Assembly: GCA_016283355.1 (NCBI GenBank)
Contig: JAEEMS010000026.1
Span: 28,947-92,946 of the forward strand
Reading direction: 5' to 3'
Source: Elusimicrobiaceae bacterium
GTDB lineage: Bacteria; Elusimicrobiota; Elusimicrobia; Elusimicrobiales; Elusimicrobiaceae
Length of the DNA stretch: 64,000 nt
Each line of letters opens with the position of its first letter. Position 1 is the first letter of the stretch. Shown here piece by piece: positions 50,660 through 59,966 of this stretch. The translations under genes and the position numbers were made by a program. The notes beneath the pieces are model-generated. The model made no database searches and was not told the DNA's origin. It saw only the letters and a program-made list of their open reading frames with translations.

Positions 50660-50713
50660 TACTTTTTCTCACCAAGGGTATACTTAGTAGGCAGGACACG
50701 ACAAGGGGCTCTT

Positions 50714-51205
50714 ATGAACTTTGAAGATATTTATAAACGATTATTTAAACCTGTTTTTGCCTACATTCAAAGCCGCGTGTATAATTCGGCACACGCAGAA
50801 GATATTGCCGCACGTACTTGGCAAAAAATATGGGATAAACAAGATAAATTTGACGCAACTAAAGGATTACCGGAACAATGGATTTTTACCATTGCACGTA
50901 ATGAAGTCAACAACCATTATCGTTGGCAACAATTAAAACAGTTTTTCCTCTTGTCGGAAGAAGAAATAGTAGCATCCAACGAAAAAACCCCTTTTGAACA
51001 ACTTTCTGCCCAAGAACGCACTTTTTATTTGCTACGGGCTTTGAAGAAGTTGGAAAAACGAGAACAAGATTTGCTTGCTTTAAAATTTTATTCACAATTA
51101 AATAACCGTCAGATTGCACAAATGACGGGGATTAGCGAGAGTAATGTGGGAACCCTGTTACACAGGGCGTTGGGGAAATTACGGAAAATCTTGGAGGATG
51201 TATGA
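50714..51205 (+). CDS. ECF RNA polymerase sigma factor
   Basis: Region 2 (AEDIAARTW...WIFTIARN) and region 4 (QIAQMTGISESNVGTLLHRALGKLR); 163 aa. Confidence 0.93.
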   Translation: MNFEDIYKRLFKPVFAYIQSRVYNSAHAEDIAARTWQKIWDKQDKFDATKGLPEQWIFTIARNEVNNHYRWQQLKQFFLLSEEEIVASNEKTPFEQLSAQERTFYLLRALKKLEKREQDLLALKFYSQLNNRQIAQMTGISESNVGTLLHRALGKLRKILEDV

Positions 51206-51516
51206 AGTGGGATGAAAAACAAATTTCCGAAGTATATCAACAAATAGATGTGGATAAAACCGGGCAAATTCAACGCCGCATCTATGAACAGATTTGCGCA
51301 AAAAAACATTCTTTTAAAAGAAAAACAATATGGGGGCTCGGCATTGCCGCTGCAGCAGTAATTGTTTTTGTTGTAGTAGGACTACCTCGCTTGCAAGAGC
51401 CCCCGTATTTGCCAAATCCGGCAGAGTTTAATCGCATGAATTTTGCGTTCTACCAGGATTTGGCCGACGATGAATATTTGTGGGACATAGAAGAAGATCC
51501 CTCTATTCAAGAATAA
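51202..51516 (+). CDS. putative anti-sigma factor (single TM)
   Basis: ATGA overlap with the ECF stop; short cytoplasmic N-terminus, TM (WGLGIAAAAVIVFVVVGL), short periplasmic tail. Confidence 0.7.
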   Translation: MKWDEKQISEVYQQIDVDKTGQIQRRIYEQICAKKHSFKRKTIWGLGIAAAAVIVFVVVGLPRLQEPPYLPNPAEFNRMNFAFYQDLADDEYLWDIEEDPSIQE

Positions 51517-51527
51517 AGGAGAACTAT

Positions 51528-52502
51528 ATGAAAAATATTTTTTGGCTATTTGCCTGCGCATTGCTTGTTTTCCCGTCTGTGGCACAAGGGCAGCACTCCC
51601 CGGCTTCCGCCGGGAAAGGCCCCGTTGCTTCAGATCTTCAAGATCTTGATATAGAAGCGCGTTATTGGGCCCTTCAGGTTAGAAATAACAACGTTTCTTT
51701 CCAAGAACTTCAATATAATGCCTCACATTTATGGATTGGATCTGCGGAACGAAACCAAGCGTTAATTCAACGGGTTGAGTCCTATTTGCAACAAAAAGAT
51801 ATTGCACAATTAACGCCGCAAGAGCAACAACTCTTGAAGGAATCTCGTGAAAAGAGATCTTCTTTGGAAAAGAAACCCCTTCCCGAATCTGTTTCCAAGC
51901 ATAAAGAAGAAATTGCCGCCCGCCGGGAAAAAATCGCAGCACTTCAAACGGAAGTTATCGATATTGAGGCGCGACAATGGGCTTTTCAAATAAAAAACGG
52001 AGGGCACACCTCGTTGGCAGATCTAAACCATCTATCAAAAAATTGGGGAACTCCTCAATCCTACAACGACAAATTGATAGCACTGATTAAAAAATATTTG
52101 GGCCAAAAAGAGATTCCATTTATTACCCCCGAAGAATGGGAACAGCTTGAAGAAAACAAACAAGCCGTACAAAATCTAATCACAAACGGTCGGGGAAATC
52201 CGGCAATGGAAAAAATTAAAAAAATGGATCAAAAGATTACAGCTTTACGCAAACCCATTGCTGAATTAGATGCCCGGTATTGGGCGTGGCGTATTGCCGA
52301 AGTAAAAGATACCACCTTGGAACAATTACGTAGTTACAGCGTTCAATGGGTGGGAGAACCCGCCGAAAATGCTCGCATGATTTTGGCAATTGAGGAAAAT
52401 TTAAAAAACGGGAATACGAAACGTTTAAGTGCTGCCGAAATGAAAAAGTTAAGAAAAACACATGAACAAATTGGAAAATTAATTAGTAAAACAAAATTTT
52501 AA
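51528..52502 (+). CDS. secreted protein with three ~100-aa internal repeats
   Basis: SD AAGGAG and ATG 51528; signal peptide; repeats start DIEARYW, DIEARQW, ELDARYW. Confidence 0.82.
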   Translation: MKNIFWLFACALLVFPSVAQGQHSPASAGKGPVASDLQDLDIEARYWALQVRNNNVSFQELQYNASHLWIGSAERNQALIQRVESYLQQKDIAQLTPQEQQLLKESREKRSSLEKKPLPESVSKHKEEIAARREKIAALQTEVIDIEARQWAFQIKNGGHTSLADLNHLSKNWGTPQSYNDKLIALIKKYLGQKEIPFITPEEWEQLEENKQAVQNLITNGRGNPAMEKIKKMDQKITALRKPIAELDARYWAWRIAEVKDTTLEQLRSYSVQWVGEPAENARMILAIEENLKNGNTKRLSAAEMKKLRKTHEQIGKLISKTKF

Positions 52503-52503
52503 T

Positions 52504-52538
52504 AATAAACCCTCGGTAAAACCGAGGGTTTATTTTTT
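52504..52538. terminator. bidirectional terminator
   Basis: 14-bp stem aataaaccctcggt/accgagggtttatt. Confidence 0.85.
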
Positions 52539-52556
52539 TGATATTTTTATTAATTC

Positions 52557-53750
52557 TTACAACGGAGGAAGTGGCCCCACCCCATCAGCCGGCACGGTAT
52601 AGGCCGTTTTCAGCCCTTTCTTCGCCAAATCATCAAAGCCCCACTTATCTTTGAAAGAAAGAACATATTTGTACTGTTCCTGAGCTTTTTCACGGTTGCC
52701 CAATACATCATACACTTGCCCTAAGCGCAGCGCGTTCCATACACCCCAACGGCTGGGAGCTTGTGTCTTAATTTTTTCTGCTCCTTCTTCAAACAACGTG
52801 CGTGCTTTTTCAAAATTCCCTTTGGCCATTTCCGCCGTACCTAATGCCGTATAAGCCCGCGGAATATAGATATCTTTATAAAAAGAATTGGAACCTATCA
52901 GCCCTAAAAATTCCTGTGCTTTCGCAGAAACACCCTCCAAATCTCCCGTTTCATACAAACAAATAATTTCCACATAACGCATCAATGGATTGTTTGGAAA
53001 TTTTTTGTGCAATTCCCGGATATATTCCAGCGACTTTTCCGGTGCATAAAACTTACTGCCGCGCGTATTCTGTACTTGGATTAAAATTAATTTGGAACTG
53101 TCCCCCGTAAATAGGGCTTTTTCGCGGGAGCGGTTTAAGAAAGCTACCCCTCTGGCGGGATCTCCTTTAATAGCAACTATTTTTGCCAACACTTTAATCA
53201 CGCTGGGTAAAGTCCCGGCAAAATATTCGTAGATACCGAGTCCAAAATAAGCGTCGTAATAGGTAGGATCTAATTTTAACGATTTTTCCAAATTGGAGAT
53301 CGCTTTGCGCCCTGTGAAATAAGCCGTTACCCAATTACGGTTACGCATATTAAACATGGCCCGCAACCCATACAGCGCCCCTATCCCCATATAACCGTTG
53401 GGGTCATCCGGGTTTTGTTTGAGCCACCTCTTAATACCATCTATGGACTCATCTAAAATTTGTTCAAAAACTTTGCGTTGTTGTTCATCGCTGGTTTCAA
53501 ACTCGTATTCATAGCGAGACCAGGCGATCATGGCATTACCGAAATGAGCAAAAGGATGGTCCGGATACTTGGCAAAAACCTCTTCGATGTTTTTTTGGGC
53601 CGTTTGGAAATCTAAGCTATAAACTCCGTTAATACCCTCTTTGGCAGCTTCCATTACATCGGGAGGAAGGACTATCTCTGCGGGGGCAGGCATAACCACG
53701 GCGCAACACAAAAACAAGACCGCAAAAAAGAGTCGTGCAATTTTTCCCAT
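52557..53750 (-). CDS. secreted tetratricopeptide repeat protein
   Basis: Signal peptide; TPR motifs (LEKSLKLDPTYYDAYFGLG, LRLGQVYDVLGNREKAQEQY). Confidence 0.85.
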   Translation of the reverse strand: MGKIARLFFAVLFLCCAVVMPAPAEIVLPPDVMEAAKEGINGVYSLDFQTAQKNIEEVFAKYPDHPFAHFGNAMIAWSRYEYEFETSDEQQRKVFEQILDESIDGIKRWLKQNPDDPNGYMGIGALYGLRAMFNMRNRNWVTAYFTGRKAISNLEKSLKLDPTYYDAYFGLGIYEYFAGTLPSVIKVLAKIVAIKGDPARGVAFLNRSREKALFTGDSSKLILIQVQNTRGSKFYAPEKSLEYIRELHKKFPNNPLMRYVEIICLYETGDLEGVSAKAQEFLGLIGSNSFYKDIYIPRAYTALGTAEMAKGNFEKARTLFEEGAEKIKTQAPSRWGVWNALRLGQVYDVLGNREKAQEQYKYVLSFKDKWGFDDLAKKGLKTAYTVPADGVGPLPPL

Positions 53751-55036
53751 TATTTGGCCTCTATTTTATCCTTGCCAAAATACGGGCGTAATGCCTTGGG
53801 AATAATTACAGAGCCGTCTTTTTGTTGGAAGTTTTCCAAGATAGCTGCAAAGGTACGTCCTACGGCTAACCCGCTGCCGTTTAAGGTATGTACGAATTCC
53901 AATTTGCCTTGTTCGTTTTTAAAACGAAGGCCCATGCGGCGTGCCTGGAAATCTAAACAGTTGGAACAAGAAGAAATCTCGCGGAAGCGGTTTTCACTGG
54001 GCATCCAAACTTCAATATCATACGTTTTGGCAGACGAAAAGCCAATGTCTCCGCTACACAGTTCTACCACATGATACGGAATTTCCAATTGTCTGAGTAC
54101 ATCTTGTGCATCTTCCAACATTATCTCCAACATTTTGTAGGAATCTTCCGGTTTGGACAACATTACCAGTTCCACTTTATCAAACTGATGGTTCCGGATC
54201 AGCCCGCGCGTATCTTTACCATACGTGCCCGATTCTTTGCGGAAACACGGAGAATACGCCGTTAGTTTTATAGGTAATTCTTCATAAGGGACCGTGCGAA
54301 CACGGTTTAAATTGGTAAGCGGAATTTCTGCCGTAGAAATTAAAAATTGTTTTGGTTCTCCGGTTAATTCATACATATCCTCACGGAATTTTGGCAACTG
54401 CCCCGTACCCACCAAAATATTTTCATTTACGATAACTGGCGGCATAATTTCGGTATACCCTTTTTTCGCGTGTAAATCGAGCATAAAAGCAATAATAGCA
54501 CGCTCTAAACGGGCTCCGTCCCCTTTGAACAAAGCAAAACGGCTTCCGGAAAGTGCGGCAGCGGCTTCAAAATCCAAAATTCCCAAATTTTCCCCTACGG
54601 CTTGGTGATCCAGCGGTTTAAAATCAAATTGCGGTAACGCAAGGGAACAGGCAATATATTCCGGATTATCCGCGTCGGATACCCCCACCGGAATCTTCTC
54701 GTTGGGCACATTGGGAATGCTTAAAAGCAAATTATCAATTTCCGCTTTTTTCGGTTCAAGGGCATTCTCTTTCGCCACCATTTCTTCTTTTAATTTTCCA
54801 ACGGCAACCATCGCTTCTTTGGCGGCTTCATCCCCTTGTTCTTTTTTTATTTTGCCGATTGATTTAGACATTTCGTTACGTTTAGCACGCAGTTCCTCCA
54901 CTTGCGCCAAGATTTTTTTATATGCTTCATATTTCGAAAGGACCTCGTCTATTTGGCGGGATAATTCCGGCTTGCGCAACGATAAGCGTTTTTTTATTTC
55001 TTCTGGATTAGCAACGATTTGTTTAATGTCTAACAT
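53750..55036 (-). CDS. serS: serine--tRNA ligase
   Basis: MLDIK, STAEIPL, FRKESG, RGLIRNHQFDKVE, EISSCSNC, TLNGSGLAVGR. Confidence 0.98.
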   Translation of the reverse strand: MLDIKQIVANPEEIKKRLSLRKPELSRQIDEVLSKYEAYKKILAQVEELRAKRNEMSKSIGKIKKEQGDEAAKEAMVAVGKLKEEMVAKENALEPKKAEIDNLLLSIPNVPNEKIPVGVSDADNPEYIACSLALPQFDFKPLDHQAVGENLGILDFEAAAALSGSRFALFKGDGARLERAIIAFMLDLHAKKGYTEIMPPVIVNENILVGTGQLPKFREDMYELTGEPKQFLISTAEIPLTNLNRVRTVPYEELPIKLTAYSPCFRKESGTYGKDTRGLIRNHQFDKVELVMLSKPEDSYKMLEIMLEDAQDVLRQLEIPYHVVELCSGDIGFSSAKTYDIEVWMPSENRFREISSCSNCLDFQARRMGLRFKNEQGKLEFVHTLNGSGLAVGRTFAAILENFQQKDGSVIIPKALRPYFGKDKIEAK

Positions 55037-55046
55037 AAGGCCTCTT

Positions 55047-55292
55047 TTATTTTGTATTGAATTTTATCATGTACGGTTCCGGAAATAACGGTCGTAACGG
55101 TTTTAGTGCCGTAACCGCAAATTCCATACCGTAGGAAGTAAGCAACCGCACACTGACGGGCGCCACCGAGCTTTGCCCGGCCACTAACGCCCCTACCACA
55201 AAAAGCAAAGAAAGCGTCATAATTTTCACACTTCCGAAAAACAATTTCCAAGCAATGGTTTGTGCATCTAGATCAAATAGTTGCGGGCTCAT
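55047..55292 (-). CDS. small hypothetical membrane protein
   Basis: ATG overlapping the upstream stop; fills the operon gap; hydrophobic segment. Confidence 0.55.
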   Translation of the reverse strand: MSPQLFDLDAQTIAWKLFFGSVKIMTLSLLFVVGALVAGQSSVAPVSVRLLTSYGMEFAVTALKPLRPLFPEPYMIKFNTK

Positions 55293-55969
55293 TTTGTCCT
55301 CTGCAATTTATTTATTTCTTTTGCAAAACTTTTTACAAGATTGCGTGCCACCATATCTGCCGCATCTAAGGGGCTCGCGCTGGTACTATTCGTAGAACCG
55401 ACCCAAATAATTTCCGCCGTCTCCACATCCACCAATTTGGCAATAATGCCCACCTCGGCATTGATGGTATATTCTATAGGGCGTACTTCGTAAGATCGAG
55501 AAACTTCCGTGCCGGCCGGCCGCGTATACCCTACATAGGTTCCATCGGGCATTTTCATTACTTCTTGTGCCATTACCGGGCGTGTTTCCATTTTACGGGA
55601 GGACGTCATCGTTAATTCCGTACGGGGAGGAGTGTAGGAACTTACTTCTCCCACCAGCAATACATCTACCCCTAAAATACGGCCGATTTCACGTGTTGTT
55701 TCCGGCGACAAATATCCGGAAACGGCAATATGATGTTCTTGCAATACACTTTCCAGCTGTGCCCGTTCCACTACTTTAAACCCATAAGAAAGGAAATATT
55801 TGGCGAATAAATTTTCAACACCTTGCACGGAAGAATAGGAATTATTAAATGCCATAATTCCAATGCGATTGATTTTTTCGAACGGATAAGTTTGGCTAAT
55901 TACTGTTTTGGGCGTACAACTACTTAGTAGTAGTCCACAGCTCGCCAGAAGAACAAAAATCTTTCTCAT
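55289..55969 (-). CDS. CsgG/HfaB-like lipoprotein
   Basis: Lipobox LLSSC; RIGIMAF, FKVVERAQLESVLQE, EIGRILGVD, KLVDVETAEIIW. Confidence 0.8.
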   Translation of the reverse strand: MRKIFVLLASCGLLLSSCTPKTVISQTYPFEKINRIGIMAFNNSYSSVQGVENLFAKYFLSYGFKVVERAQLESVLQEHHIAVSGYLSPETTREIGRILGVDVLLVGEVSSYTPPRTELTMTSSRKMETRPVMAQEVMKMPDGTYVGYTRPAGTEVSRSYEVRPIEYTINAEVGIIAKLVDVETAEIIWVGSTNSTSASPLDAADMVARNLVKSFAKEINKLQRTK

Positions 55970-56019
55970 AGATAAATTATATCTTTTTCCGTATCAGGAA
56001 AGAAAGGTATAATAAGAAT

Positions 56020-56616
56020 ATGGAAAACGTTTCTTCTTTGTTTTTAGAAAAAGCAAAAAGCATCAAACTTCTATTGACCGACGTGGACGGTGTAATGACC
56101 GACGGTACATTAAGCTTTTTTACGGATGAATCCGGTACCGCACGGGAAATAAAACATTTTGAATCACTCGACGGAATGGGGCTTATGTTTTTGTCCCATT
56201 GCGGGATTGCCACGGGGATTGTATCGCGCGGACAAAGCAATACACTCGAATTTTGGGCAAAAGTGTTGGGAATGCATTTCCTGTTTTACAATACTCCGGC
56301 CAAACATTTAGTATTGCCGTATTTAGAAAAAAATTTTAATATTGCCCCACAGGAAATTGCTTTTATCGGGGATGATGTAATTGACTTAGGGCTTTTGTCC
56401 CGTGTCGGATTGCCTTTAACGGTAGCAAACAGCGTTCCGGAAGCCAAAGAATTGGCTCTCTACGTGTCCCCCCGCAACGGTGGAAATGCCGCCGTACGCG
56501 ACATTGCCGAACAAATTTTAAAAGCCCGAGGTTTATGGGAAAAAATCCTACAAGAAAATAAATCCGGCACTTTTAAGCAACCTGTCCGCGATTTACATAT
56601 TGTAAAAGGGTTGTAA
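56020..56616 (+). CDS. kdsC: KdsC-family HAD phosphatase (KDO-8-phosphate phosphatase-like)
   Basis: DVDGVMTDG, DGMG, FIGDDVIDL, GGNAAVRDIAE. Confidence 0.88.
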   Translation: MENVSSLFLEKAKSIKLLLTDVDGVMTDGTLSFFTDESGTAREIKHFESLDGMGLMFLSHCGIATGIVSRGQSNTLEFWAKVLGMHFLFYNTPAKHLVLPYLEKNFNIAPQEIAFIGDDVIDLGLLSRVGLPLTVANSVPEAKELALYVSPRNGGNAAVRDIAEQILKARGLWEKILQENKSGTFKQPVRDLHIVKGL

Positions 56617-56659
56617 AAGTTTTACAATATAGGTAAATAGAAATTAGAAAAGGAGCCCT

Positions 56660-57283
56660 ATGAAAAAATTATTTTTGGCTTGTGCGTTGTTACTAGCAGT
56701 TCCCGCCGTGTTTGCACAGGATTATTATCCTTTGCAAGATTACGGTTTGCGCAGAAATACCACCCGCGTAGAATTCTACGGAGGTATGGTTGCCCCGCAA
56801 GAAGGTTGGAGTGACCACGATACCAACATCGACTTAGGAAAAACCGGTTGGTCTGCCGGGATTGGCTTTCAACGCAATCTTATCAATTTTCTCTCTTTGG
56901 GATTAGATGCAAATTATGCCCAATTAGGGGACAGTGACAAAGTGGGTGGCTCTTACCTGCGTACCGGGGTTGCTACCGCTTTAGTAACCGGCCGTGTGAA
57001 TTTCTTCCCTTCCTCTGCTACCCGCTTATATATTCCGTTCGGCGCCGGGATTGGACATGTGTTTTCCCGACAGAAAACCGGTAGCTCTCATGAAACTTTC
57101 TCTAGCACCAAATTTGCACAAATGGTTGGTGTGGGATTGGAATTTGATATAGATGCAGACGTCATTTTCGGATTAGAAGGACGTTATTATCTGGTAGACC
57201 TTACCGACGATATGAAACCCGTCACCGGCCGAGACCGTCTTCATTACGTAGACATATTATTGAAACTCGGTTTCCGTTTCTAA
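56660..57283 (+). CDS. outer membrane beta-barrel protein
   Basis: Signal peptide, alternating amphipathic strands, C-terminal GFRF. Confidence 0.85.
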   Translation: MKKLFLACALLLAVPAVFAQDYYPLQDYGLRRNTTRVEFYGGMVAPQEGWSDHDTNIDLGKTGWSAGIGFQRNLINFLSLGLDANYAQLGDSDKVGGSYLRTGVATALVTGRVNFFPSSATRLYIPFGAGIGHVFSRQKTGSSHETFSSTKFAQMVGVGLEFDIDADVIFGLEGRYYLVDLTDDMKPVTGRDRLHYVDILLKLGFRF

Positions 57284-57300
57284 GCTTCGTTTTCTGCATC

Positions 57301-57330
57301 AAAATACCCCGCCGCAAGCGGGGTATTTTT
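57301..57330 (+). terminator. intrinsic terminator
   Basis: aaaataccccgc/gcggggtatttt stem. Confidence 0.8.
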
Positions 57331-57374
57331 AAATTTTTCTTTACTTTTACCGTCGTGTATTGTAAGATAATACT

Positions 57375-58004
57375 ATGCTTGAAATTATTATCAAAATTTG
57401 TTTGGCGCTTGTTCTTGGCGGAGCGCTGGGAATGGAACGCCAATATCACGATAAACCGGCCGGATTTGCCACTAATTGCTTAATTTGCGTAGGGGCTATG
57501 ATGTTTACAATCATGTCAGAGATTATGGGTTTTGCCGGTGGAGATCCGGGGCGTATCGCCGCACAGGTCGTAACCGGTGTAGGTTTTATCGGTGCGGGTG
57601 CTATCATGAGAGACGGAAACAAAATTTCCGGTATTACAACTGCTGCAAATGTCTGGCTGGTAGCTGCAATTGGTATGGCAGTAGGATTCGGAGAGTATCT
57701 CTTGGCAGCTAGTAGTACTGCAGCAATTTTATTGTTACAACTGGGGCTGCGTAAAACATTGAGAGTAGTGGAAATGGTAAAACATTATGACACGTTCTAC
57801 GTAACCTGTGATCCCTGTTGGTCCATCGTAGAAAAGATTGTAGCTCAGGTTGAAAAACAAGGAATTACTATCTTAAAAAGCGAAGTAAACAAACAAGATA
57901 ATTTATTTCACGTAAGTTTGGTCGGAACGTTTACCGCGCACGATTTTCAAAATATTACTAAAGATCTTTTGGAAATGCGCGAAGTTCACAGTTTATATCG
58001 TTAA
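57375..58004 (+). CDS. MgtC/SapB family protein
   Basis: GMERQYHDKPAG, DPGRIAAQVVTGVGFIGAGAI, GITTAA, AAIGMAVG. Confidence 0.93.
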   Translation: MLEIIIKICLALVLGGALGMERQYHDKPAGFATNCLICVGAMMFTIMSEIMGFAGGDPGRIAAQVVTGVGFIGAGAIMRDGNKISGITTAANVWLVAAIGMAVGFGEYLLAASSTAAILLLQLGLRKTLRVVEMVKHYDTFYVTCDPCWSIVEKIVAQVEKQGITILKSEVNKQDNLFHVSLVGTFTAHDFQNITKDLLEMREVHSLYR

Positions 58005-58013
58005 ACTAAAAAT

Positions 58014-58034
58014 CCCCCGGACACAAGCCGGGGG
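58014..58034. terminator. hairpin between convergent mgtC and parB
   Basis: cccccgg/ccggggg stem preceded by A-run. Confidence 0.65.
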
Positions 58035-58080
58035 CTATTATAGAAACATTAAAACCCATAAAAAATATGGGTTTTTTATT

Positions 58081-58995
58081 TTATAACATCTTGTTTTTCA
58101 AACGACCGGCAATATTATCCAATTCATCCAACGAATGGTAATGAATCACCAACGTACCTTTTTTCATGTTTTTGCCGAATTTTAGTTCCACTTTTGTCCC
58201 TAAGGCCGTTTGTAAATCTTGTTCAAAAGAAACTGCCTCCACAGGCCGCTTGCTTGCTTTTTCTTTTTTGGCCGGGAACATCGCATGGCGGGCCGCTTCT
58301 TCCGCTTGACGGACTGACATTTTATGATGATTCATCTTCTTAAAAAGTTCTTCCCGTTTCTTTTTGTCTGCCACCATCAATAATGCACGGCCATGTCCTT
58401 CGGAAAGGGTTCCTTCCTGTAACGCTTGTTGATACGGAGCTTCCAATTCCAATAAGCGCAACGCGTTAGAGATAGCCGCTTTTGATTTGCCGCAATATGA
58501 TGCCAAATCATTTTGCGTAATATAAAACTTATTAATCAAATTACGGTAACCCAGGGCCGTTTCAATCGGGTTTAAATCTTCCCGTTGGATGTTTTCGATC
58601 AGCGCCAAAGCACAGAGTTCCTGATCACTCAAATGTTTATGCACAATAGCATCTATTTCGGTCAAACCGGCTAATTGCGTGGCACGAAAACGTCTTTCCC
58701 CTACCACAATTTCATATTTATCCAATCCGGCATCATACACGACAACAATGGGTTGTGTAAGCCCATGTTCTTTAATAGATTGTGCTAATTCTTGCAGTTT
58801 TTCTTCATCAAAAACACGACGAGGTTGAAAACGGTTCGGTACAATCTTGCTGATTTCGATTTTTGAAACGCTCATCCCTTCGGTTTGTTGTACAACTTCA
58901 ACGGCTTTTTCCGTCGGTAAATTGGAAACCTCTTGGGTTTGTTTAATTAAGGCATCCAATCCTTTGCCTAATGCTTGTCTGGCCATGGTCATCAT
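58081..58995 (-). CDS. parB: chromosome partitioning protein ParB
   Basis: ALGKGLDAL, PNRFQPR, GERRFRA, LIENIQREDLNPIE, HTH GKSKAAISNALRLL; the start could also be 58992 or 58986. Confidence 0.96.
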   Translation of the reverse strand: MMTMARQALGKGLDALIKQTQEVSNLPTEKAVEVVQQTEGMSVSKIEISKIVPNRFQPRRVFDEEKLQELAQSIKEHGLTQPIVVVYDAGLDKYEIVVGERRFRATQLAGLTEIDAIVHKHLSDQELCALALIENIQREDLNPIETALGYRNLINKFYITQNDLASYCGKSKAAISNALRLLELEAPYQQALQEGTLSEGHGRALLMVADKKKREELFKKMNHHKMSVRQAEEAARHAMFPAKKEKASKRPVEAVSFEQDLQTALGTKVELKFGKNMKKGTLVIHYHSLDELDNIAGRLKNKML

Positions 58996-59825
58996 CCTCC
59001 AAAATCGTAATTAACAGGGGTTTCCCCAGTAAGGTGAAAATTCTTATATTCATCCGGTTTGGCACCACGACGAATCAAAAATTCTTTTGCCAAATCGATA
59101 TAGGCATCCGCCCCCGGACAAGCGGGCTCATAATCAAAAATAGATTGACCAAAACTCGGAGCTTCCGCAAGACGGATATTACGCGGAATAGGGGTTTTAT
59201 AAATTCTATTCCCAAAATAACGGCTTACTTCCTCTTTAACTTGCTTGGCTAAATTCATCCTCCTATCAAACATGGTCAATACCCCCCCATCCATACGAAG
59301 ACGGGGATGTAGGAATTGTTTAATTTTTTGAACTGTTCCCATAAAATGGGCCAATCCTTCCATGGCATAAAATTCACATTGTACAGGAGTAATAACGCTA
59401 TCGGCTGCCATCATTGCATTTAAGGTAAGGAGCCCTAAAGAAGGAGGACAATCTATAAGGATATATTTATACATGCTGCGCAAAGGTGCCAATGCTTCTT
59501 TAAGCATATTTTCGCGGCCGCGCACATTTACTAACTCTACTTCCGCACCGGCTAAATCTTTACAAGCCGGAAGGACATCTAAAAATTCATTGGATGTTTG
59601 CCGAACAACTTGTTCAAAAGAAGCTGTTTTTGTAAGTAAGTGATAAACAGATTTTTCACCATTCCCTACCGTAACACCCAGCCCAGATCCTGCATTTCCC
59701 TGCGGATCGAAATCTACTAATAAAACTTCCTGATTTAAGCAAGCCAATGCATATGCTAAATTAATAGAAGTGGTTGTTTTCCCCACTCCTCCTTTTTGGT
59801 TAGCAATAACTACAATTTCTCCCAT
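58992..59825 (-). CDS. parA: chromosome partitioning ATPase ParA/Soj
   Basis: NQKGGVGKTT deviant Walker A, DPQGNA, DCPPSLGLLT, PRNIRLAEAPSFG. Confidence 0.97.
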   Translation of the reverse strand: MGEIVVIANQKGGVGKTTTSINLAYALACLNQEVLLVDFDPQGNAGSGLGVTVGNGEKSVYHLLTKTASFEQVVRQTSNEFLDVLPACKDLAGAEVELVNVRGRENMLKEALAPLRSMYKYILIDCPPSLGLLTLNAMMAADSVITPVQCEFYAMEGLAHFMGTVQKIKQFLHPRLRMDGGVLTMFDRRMNLAKQVKEEVSRYFGNRIYKTPIPRNIRLAEAPSFGQSIFDYEPACPGADAYIDLAKEFLIRRGAKPDEYKNFHLTGETPVNYDFGG

Positions 59826-59910
59826 AGTTCCTCCCTTACCTTATATTTATATTAAACATTAATTAGACAAAAAAAGCAAGATTTCCTACTGAAAAAATTC
59901 TTCTAAAATA

Positions 59911-59930
59911 ACCCCCGCATAAGCGGGGGT
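59911..59930 (-). terminator. hairpin downstream of lepB
   Basis: acccccgc/gcgggggt stem. Confidence 0.65.
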
Positions 59931-59948
59931 GTAATCTCTATATTTGCC

Positions 59949-59966
59949 AGTTTTCACGTGAAAACT
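59949..59966. other. parS-like perfect palindrome AGTTTTCACGTGAAAACT
   Basis: 18-bp perfect palindrome sharing the TTTCACGTGAAA core with canonical parS; about 125 bp upstream of parA. Confidence 0.75.
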
